The position numbers and the translations under genes are program-made. 64,000 bases of DNA from Obrimoposthia wandeli (Eukaryota): the NCBI GenBank assembly GCA_977020255.1, contig CDROCS010004705.1, positions 1 to 64,000 of the forward strand. The letters run 5' to 3'. The notes below the pieces were generated by a model. That model did not search any database and was not told the DNA's origin. It saw only the letters and a list, made by a program, of their open reading frames with translations. This document shows positions 57,585 through 64,000 of the stretch, in pieces; the first letter of the stretch is position 1; every line of letters begins with the position of its first letter.

Positions 57585-60500
57585 TTACTGAAGCCATAAG
57601 CTTAAATAGCCTTCTTTCCTCTCGCTGCATAGTGTGCTGAGCGCGGGGTGTTTGGTTTTTAATAAGAGGGCATAGTAATGATAAAATAATATTTTATGTT
57701 GCAGATGTGCTTGTTTCTCAATACGAATAAAGGCCGTTTCAAAATGAGGCACTGCCTGCTCAAAAGAGGAAAACTTGGCGTGATAAGCTGCTTGTGCGAT
57801 AGCGTGCTGTACACTGAAATTCTCGCTTTGTAGCTTTCCCCACATATTTAAACGATTAATATCGCCATCAAAACGCGCTTTAATTAAAGGGCTATGTTGG
57901 CTGCTATCTGCATTATGAATACGCATTAAAGTACACATAAAAACGGCTTCAGTGGCAATGTAGTGGCTTGAAATGTCACTTTCTATCAGTGCATCCCAAT
58001 TTTGTAGTAAAGGCCAAAGAAAATTATCAAAACGGTACAGTGCGCTGAAAATTTGGCCGAATGCGTTACTGCTATTGATGTAGCTCGGTGTTTTAAAAAG
58101 GGTGCCAGCAGGTGCTTTTATGCACTTGATGGTGTTAAGCATGAGTGATAATGCGTGGCTGCTATCAGCGCTTAAAGAGCTGGCTTCTAATATCTGTTGG
58201 CAGTTATTGCTTATATTATTTAAGCTCTCGCCTGTGCACATTAACAATTGTTGTAATAATACTTGTCTTTGTAATGCGTTTTTGTCGGTGAGTTGATTGT
58301 GAAATTCAGCTTCTAATTGCAGAGTGTGAATCGATTGTAAAAGAGGCTCTAGCCAATGATTTACTTTACTAAAGAGTATAAGCTCACAGGTTTGTAAATG
58401 TGCAACGCTGTGCTTTTTTGCGAGAAATAACGATCGATCACGACAGCTCTTGGCTAGTCCAATGTCAGCAGCAAACCAGCTACAAACCCAAGAAAAGTGC
58501 GCACAAGCAAAGGATGCATAATAGTGATCACAATGGGTTAGTGTAATCGCGAACATTTTAGCAATAGCGCCTGCGGCTTTAAGTGACCAGTTTTCGTGTA
58601 AGCAAATAGTGATTATCTTTTGTAAGATGCTGAGTTTATTGTTTAATTGATCGCTCAGTTTGCTATGTGCTAGTGGTTGAGTAAATTGCTCAGGGTTTTT
58701 CTGATAAAAACTATCAAGAAACTCTAGCTGATGAGATATGTCGATCAGCACATTATTTTGATCACTGGTGGCGTCGGCTATACCGCAATACTCCACTGCT
58801 GTTTGCGTTAATAAGTTAAGCGCCTGTTCTGCTTGCTTAAGCTCAACTAACAGCCCAGAAGCGATAATAGAGAGCTCAACACGTTGGTTTAATGACAGCG
58901 TTTGTTCAAGCAAGTAGCTGACTCTAGGTTGAGCTTTTTCTAAATGATTTAATTCAACCCAGATGGCAACTTGCTCAATGCATAATTGATTAATCAGCTG
59001 TTGTTCTTCGTTGTTTAATTTTAGGCAATCAATTTGTAGTTGATACAGCGTATTTAAATGCGCGCTATTACCTGCATTACCGGTGCGTATTTGATGCTCG
59101 CAAAAAATGGCGATGTGTTGTCGATGTTGTGGTTTTAATTGTTGTAGCTCAGCTAGCAGGTAGTGTTTGAGTGCTAGTATCGGTTTTTCTTGAGTTTGAT
59201 AGAAACCTGCAATAGCAAAATGTTGCTGTGTTATAACGGTAGTGGTTTGCTCTTTTAAAATTAGCGTCATTATCAGTTGTGGGGTGAACTGTATGATCGC
59301 TGCTTTTGGATCAATGTTGTCTGTATTTTCTATTAGCTGTTCTTGTTGAGCTGGCCATAAATAAATACTCAAGCGGGCGATAGAGTTTTTACTTATTTTA
59401 GATAACTGCTCAAGAGTGAGTGCTTGTTCATTGGTTTGTTGTGCTAGTGCAGCAATGATCAGTAAATGCTTAGAGAAATTACCGATATTATTCAGCTTGG
59501 TTTTAATGGCATTGCTCAGTTGATCTTCATTCATTGCAATGTGCCACGAAGGGGAAGTGAGCTGCGCTTTTGTGGAGCTGTTTTTTTCTGCCTGTATAAA
59601 GGCGATTTGCTTGCGGTATTGGCTAGGCGAAACTTTCATCCAACGCTTGAACGCTTTTTGAAACGCTGAAAGGTTTGAAAAACCCAGTTTGTAGGCTATT
59701 TGCCCAAAATTAATGTTAGGCTGCGTCATGAATTGTAAGCAGGTTTCGTGGCGTACGGTATCATAAATTTTTTGAAAATTACTGTCTTGTGCATTTAGCT
59801 TTCGCTGAAAGGTGCGTAAGCTCATATTCAAACTAGCAGCAATGTGTTCACGTCTAATGGCTAGCCCTTCATCGTGCGCAGGGTCTTGTAATACTTTGCG
59901 AATGTGATGTTTTGTTTGGGCTATCAGCGCTTGTTTTTGAGAAGACTTTACTAGTAATGAGTCGGCAAATTTACAGTGTAACTGGTGCATGTCTGGATTG
60001 GTTTCAGAGCAAGCCAAATTCATATACTGATTATGTATAACCACTTGGTTACATGCATGATCAAATGAGACATTAAGCGCTAGTTGCTGCTGGTAGCTGG
60101 CAGGGTTAGCAGGGGAAAAATTATAACTGATAGATTGTGCGGGTATGGCGCGACCTGTTAGCCATCTTGGCCAATTTAGCAGGCAGCCCACGAAAAATTC
60201 ACTGACTTGTGGGCTGTCGTGGGTGAAATGTAAATTTAAAATGCAATTTTCTTGTTCGTGAAGAATTTCTAAATGTACGCCTTCATAAACAAGTGGGAAA
60301 TAGTCACTGAGCATTTGATACGCATCGAGTAACGTATTGGCAGTGGTCATCACAAAACCAAGAGATCCTAACATTCTAGGTTGCGTTACTTCGGCGGCCA
60401 ATGTTGCAAACTTTGAGTTGCCAGTGGTATCAATTAAATGGCTAAGCAGTGCTTCAAAGGCTTGGGTGGGGTAGCGCTGTCCTGGTGTGTCTAACGTGTC

Positions 60501-60623
60501 TTGTTTGATAGCGCTGTGTGCTAAGGCGTTTTCTAAGCTCACACCTTGATGCTTGGCTAATTGCAATAAAGCATGTACCAATTTAAGATTGAATCGTGTG
60601 ATCACTGCTTTATTATTTGGCAT
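57585..60623 (-). CDS. AraC-family regulator with ~660-aa C-terminal helical extension
   Basis: OruR-type N-terminal domain, HTH SLRTFQRKL...LGFSNLSAFQKAFKRW, long alpha-helical tail. Confidence 0.85.
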   Translation of the reverse strand: MPNNKAVITRFNLKLVHALLQLAKHQGVSLENALAHSAIKQDTLDTPGQRYPTQAFEALLSHLIDTTGNSKFATLAAEVTQPRMLGSLGFVMTTANTLLDAYQMLSDYFPLVYEGVHLEILHEQENCILNLHFTHDSPQVSEFFVGCLLNWPRWLTGRAIPAQSISYNFSPANPASYQQQLALNVSFDHACNQVVIHNQYMNLACSETNPDMHQLHCKFADSLLVKSSQKQALIAQTKHHIRKVLQDPAHDEGLAIRREHIAASLNMSLRTFQRKLNAQDSNFQKIYDTVRHETCLQFMTQPNINFGQIAYKLGFSNLSAFQKAFKRWMKVSPSQYRKQIAFIQAEKNSSTKAQLTSPSWHIAMNEDQLSNAIKTKLNNIGNFSKHLLIIAALAQQTNEQALTLEQLSKISKNSIARLSIYLWPAQQEQLIENTDNIDPKAAIIQFTPQLIMTLILKEQTTTVITQQHFAIAGFYQTQEKPILALKHYLLAELQQLKPQHRQHIAIFCEHQIRTGNAGNSAHLNTLYQLQIDCLKLNNEEQQLINQLCIEQVAIWVELNHLEKAQPRVSYLLEQTLSLNQRVELSIIASGLLVELKQAEQALNLLTQTAVEYCGIADATSDQNNVLIDISHQLEFLDSFYQKNPEQFTQPLAHSKLSDQLNNKLSILQKIITICLHENWSLKAAGAIAKMFAITLTHCDHYYASFACAHFSWVCSWFAADIGLAKSCRDRSLFLAKKHSVAHLQTCELILFSKVNHWLEPLLQSIHTLQLEAEFHNQLTDKNALQRQVLLQQLLMCTGESLNNISNNCQQILEASSLSADSSHALSLMLNTIKCIKAPAGTLFKTPSYINSSNAFGQIFSALYRFDNFLWPLLQNWDALIESDISSHYIATEAVFMCTLMRIHNADSSQHSPLIKARFDGDINRLNMWGKLQSENFSVQHAIAQAAYHAKFSSFEQAVPHFETAFIRIEKQAHLQHKILFYHYYALLLKTKHPALSTLCSERKEGYLSLWLQ

Positions 60624-60917
60624 GTTAGGATATGTTCAGTTGCGCTTGTTATATTTTTAGGTCGGATTGAGTGTGTTATAATGTGCCAATTTAACAATAA
60701 AAGATAGTTAGTGTCCATCCATAAACGGGGCCGTCACGAGAGCGATTCAATGATTAGAGATGGGCGCTACTAGATATGGGCGTTTGGTTATTGTAAACAA
60801 CTAAATCTAGTCGTGCTCAGATCAGGTCAGTGAAACGTTCGCAATAGGCATCTGTTTGTGAATGGGCACTAGTTAATCATAGAAATGATAAGTTTAGTGA
60901 AATCACTGAGAGAGACG

Positions 60918-61676
60918 ATGGGTAATTCGATTAATCACTTTAAAAGAAAGCTTTATAAATGCTGTTTGTTGGCAAGTATTTTTGCAATGTGTAGCAGTGC
61001 GCCGCTATGGGCACAAACTACATTAAGAGTGGGTATGCCGATGCCAGGTCAGGTACCTTTCCTGTGGGAAAATAAAGCAGGGGAAGTCACTGGTATCTAC
61101 GCTGATACCTTGCGCGAAATTGCCAATAAAATGCAGTTCAAAATAGAATATGTGCCTTTGTCGCAAGCGCGTTTAGCTAGATTGTTTATGGCAGGTGAAA
61201 TTGATTTAGAAATAGGTGTGTCAGCGCAAACTAAGGAAGACAACTTGTTAGCGAAAGCGTCAATTTTTACGCGTTCTTTTGGTATTGCCAACGAAGTGAT
61301 GGTTTATAGCCCTGATTTGCATTTTCCAGCATTTATCCTAAAAGACTTAAAAGGTAAAACTGTCGCGACTGTTAGAGGCGCTGTGGTGCCTGATTATATC
61401 GTGCGCGAAAACTTTGCCTCTCCTTTGCAGATAGCTAAGCGTGTTAACAGAGGCTGGAGCCAAGTTGGTCTTATGCGCGAAGCGCCGGCGCTACACTACA
61501 AAACAAACCAAGGTATGAAGTATCAAATATCATTGCCTTATCAAAGTAATTTAATTGGATTTAGATTGCATAAAAGTCGCAGTGGCTTGCTGCAAAAAAT
61601 GAATGTAACGATAGAGGAGCTAGAGTCAAAAGGAGTGTTGGAAGAGATTATTTGTAAGTATTTATGTGGCAGCTAA
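60918..61676 (+). CDS. Periplasmic solute-binding protein, family 3
   Basis: Signal peptide, PFLW...GIYAD, DLKGKTVATVRG, GVLEEIICKY. Confidence 0.8.
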   Translation: MGNSINHFKRKLYKCCLLASIFAMCSSAPLWAQTTLRVGMPMPGQVPFLWENKAGEVTGIYADTLREIANKMQFKIEYVPLSQARLARLFMAGEIDLEIGVSAQTKEDNLLAKASIFTRSFGIANEVMVYSPDLHFPAFILKDLKGKTVATVRGAVVPDYIVRENFASPLQIAKRVNRGWSQVGLMREAPALHYKTNQGMKYQISLPYQSNLIGFRLHKSRSGLLQKMNVTIEELESKGVLEEIICKYLCGS

Positions 61677-61817
61677 TAGCGATGGTTTTTAAATATTTTG
61701 AGTCAGGTAAAGAAAGGTAAATCGCTGAGCTAAAAGCTAGCAGGTACCCGTGAGGGCAGAGTATAAAATTTTTTTTAAAAAGAGGTGTCTAAGAGGTAAA
61801 ACAAGAATTTGAATAGA

Positions 61818-61845
61818 TGGTGCCGACACCAAGAGTCGAACTCGG

Positions 61846-61886
<41 letters not shown>

Positions 61887-61893
61887 TGTCGGC
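61818..61893 (-). tRNA. tRNA-Thr(TGT)
   Basis: gccgacatagctcag...cttgtaa...tcggcacca, 76 nt. Confidence 0.97.
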
Positions 61894-61921
61894 GCATTTA
61901 TTATATTGCTTTTCATTTGAA

Positions 61922-61949
61922 TGGTGCCGACACCAAGAGTCGAACTCGG

Positions 61950-61990
<41 letters not shown>

Positions 61991-61997
61991 TGTCGGC
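61922..61997 (-). tRNA. tRNA-Thr(TGT)
   Basis: Identical tandem copy. Confidence 0.97.
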
Positions 61998-62056
61998 ATT
62001 TTTAAAACAGTTAATCGATTAGCAATAAAATAGTTTGTTGCTAATCGAGGGCGCAA

Positions 62057-62085
62057 ATAATAATAGCGAAAGAAGCCAGTTGCAA
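62057..62085 (-). promoter_or_regulatory. Promoter of tRNA-Thr pair
   Basis: TTGCAA-17-TATTAT followed by GCGCCC discriminator. Confidence 0.7.
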
Positions 62086-62106
62086 GCAAAAAATCACTTT
62101 TTTAAA

Positions 62107-62220
62107 GATGAATTAGGCGGAGCCTAAATCATCCAAACAAATTAAAAGAAAATAAGGTTAAATCTTAATCAAAACTCATTATAAGAGGAAAAAGATGAAT
62201 TAGGCACAGCCTAAATCATC
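62107..62220. repeat. Two more copies of the 27-bp REP-like palindrome
   Basis: gatgaattaggcggagcctaaatcatc (62107-62133) and gatgaattaggcacagcctaaatcatc (62194-62220). Confidence 0.85.
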
Positions 62221-63797
62221 AATGCCGCATTCATCAATTGTTGCGTATATGGATCAGTAGGGTTATTAAAAATAGTATCGCAACTTCCTGTTTCAACCAC
62301 TTTACCTTCACGCATTACTATGACTTTATGACTTAGTGCTCTAACGACGGTTAGATCATGGCTAATAAAAATATAACTTAAGTGATATTTTTTCTGCAAA
62401 TTACGCAGTAATTCAATGATTTGAATTTGAATTGTACGGTCTAAACTTGAAGTCGGTTCATCTAAAATAATAAAGCGTGGCTTTAAAATAAGAGCACGTG
62501 CAATCGCAACGCGTTGTCTTTGTCCACCTGACAGCTCGTTAGGGTATCGCTCGCGCCAACTAGGATCAATTTCAACCTCTTTCATCACTTCAATAATACG
62601 CGCTTCACGCATCGCGCAATCGCCTTGCTGATGTATTTCTAAACCTTCACTGATGATATCACCCACTGACATTCTCGGGCTTAAGCTACCATACGGATCT
62701 TGAAAAACAATTTGCATAGATTGGCGGTGAGGGCGCATTGCTTTAGCGCTGATATTTTGAATGTCATAGCCTAGAAAAACGATTTTTCCCTGACTTTTAA
62801 TCAATTGTAAAATAGCTTTGGCAAGGGTTGATTTACCTGAACCGCTTTCGCCAACAATACCTAAGGTTTCACCGCTTCTAAGGCATAAATCAATACCATC
62901 TACAGCTTTGAAATGATCAACAGTGCGCTGGAAAACGCCTTTGCGAATAGGAAACCACACTTTAAGTTGGTCGGTGGTTAAAGTAAGTTCTTCACCTACC
63001 GTATCTGGAGCGCAGCCACTAGGTTCTGCTGCTAGCAATCGCTTCGTGTAAGGATGCTGCGGATCTGCAAATATTTGTGTTTTACTGGCTGATTCAACAA
63101 TACAGCCTTTCTCCATTACGGATACTTGATCAGCAATGTGTTTAACCACTGCTAAATCGTGAGTTATAAACAGTACACCCATACCGGTTTCTTGTTGTAG
63201 TTCAATAATTAGCTGTAATATTTGCGCTTGAATGGTCACATCAAGAGCAGTAGTGGGCTCATCAGCAATTAACAAATCAGGCTCGTTTATCAAAGCCATT
63301 GCAATCATCACGCGCTGTCGTTCGCCACCTGAAAGCTGATGTGGAAGTGCTTTTAGTTTCTGTTCTGGGTTACGTATGCCTACTTTCTTCAGCCAAGCTA
63401 GCGTTTGTATGCTGGCCTCTTTATGACTACAAAAACTATGTAGCAATACCACTTCACTAATTTGCTTTTCAACAGAATGTAATGGGTTAAGTGATGTCAT
63501 TGGTTCTTGAAAAATAACACTGATTTTATCACCACGGATAGTGCGTAAATCAGCTTCGCTTGAGGTGATTAAATCAGTGTCTTGCCACAGAATATTGCCA
63601 CTGATGAAACGCAGTGGTGGGCTATCGAGCAATTGTAAAATGCTCATAGCAGTAACTGATTTGCCTGAGCCGCTTTCGCCAACAAGCGCGTGAATTTCGC
63701 CTTTATTGATTTTTAAATCAAGGTCAAAAACAACTTGCCTGACTTCATTGCCTGCTTGAAAGCCTAAATTTAGTTTTTTGATATCTAGCAGTGCCAT
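62211..63797 (-). CDS. yejF: Peptide ABC transporter dual ATPase (YejF-like)
   Basis: Two NBDs (GESGSGKS twice, LSGGERQR / LSGGQRQR); follows a yejE-like permease. Confidence 0.9.
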   Translation of the reverse strand: MALLDIKKLNLGFQAGNEVRQVVFDLDLKINKGEIHALVGESGSGKSVTAMSILQLLDSPPLRFISGNILWQDTDLITSSEADLRTIRGDKISVIFQEPMTSLNPLHSVEKQISEVVLLHSFCSHKEASIQTLAWLKKVGIRNPEQKLKALPHQLSGGERQRVMIAMALINEPDLLIADEPTTALDVTIQAQILQLIIELQQETGMGVLFITHDLAVVKHIADQVSVMEKGCIVESASKTQIFADPQHPYTKRLLAAEPSGCAPDTVGEELTLTTDQLKVWFPIRKGVFQRTVDHFKAVDGIDLCLRSGETLGIVGESGSGKSTLAKAILQLIKSQGKIVFLGYDIQNISAKAMRPHRQSMQIVFQDPYGSLSPRMSVGDIISEGLEIHQQGDCAMREARIIEVMKEVEIDPSWRERYPNELSGGQRQRVAIARALILKPRFIILDEPTSSLDRTIQIQIIELLRNLQKKYHLSYIFISHDLTVVRALSHKVIVMREGKVVETGSCDTIFNNPTDPYTQQLMNAALMI

Positions 63798-64000
63798 TAA
63801 TAAGTGCCTCGCGGGTCAAATGCATCGCGTACTGCTTCACCAATAAATACCAATAGCGAGAGCATAAAACCGAGTACTAAAAATGACGATAAACCTAGCC
63901 AAGGTGCATGAAGATTAGCTTTACCTTGCGCTAATAAATCACCTAAAGAAGGTGAGCCTGGCGGCAGGCCAAAGCCTAAAAAATCTAAAGAGGTCAATAT
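63797..64000 (-). CDS. yejE: 3' end of peptide ABC permease (YejE-like), truncated by the window
   Basis: TSLDFLGFGLPPGSPSLGDLLAQGKANLHAPWL...FIGEAVRDAFDPR. Confidence 0.9.
   Translation of the reverse strand: MLTSLDFLGFGLPPGSPSLGDLLAQGKANLHAPWLGLSSFLVLGFMLSLLVFIGEAVRDAFDPRGTY

Overview
AT-rich gammaproteobacterial chromosome segment; the taxon cannot be fixed from sequence alone. The left ~25 kb looks like an iron (Fur)-regulated region. It starts with two near-identical small RNAs, each with a Fur-boxed sigma70 promoter and a terminator (133-988). Next is a ~15 kb minus-strand type IV filament (pilus/T2SS-like) cluster driven by two Fur-boxed promoters. That cluster has a secretin apparently fused to a DUF3438/TraK-like tail, an 86-aa protein and structured leader before a very large pilin, a PilM-PilN fusion carrying an MshEN-like c-di-GMP motif, PilT, two different extension ATPases and two minor pilins. 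Three cluster genes carry frameshift or nonsense lesions, which may be real decay or assembly error. Divergent from it is a gene run encoding a lipoprotein, an omptin-like barrel, a di-heme protein, MoxR, DUF58, a pseudo-transglutaminase and an FTR1 iron permease. The rest is mostly ordinary: MCP, RIO kinase, mutM, duplicated tRNA-Glu/Gly clusters, yadGH, queF, TAXI-TRAP transport, tRNA-Thr x2 and yejEF. It also holds several degenerate signalling proteins, an unusual AraC fusion, REP-like palindromes and a MITE-like element. All family assignments come from motif recognition by eye; no database search was run.
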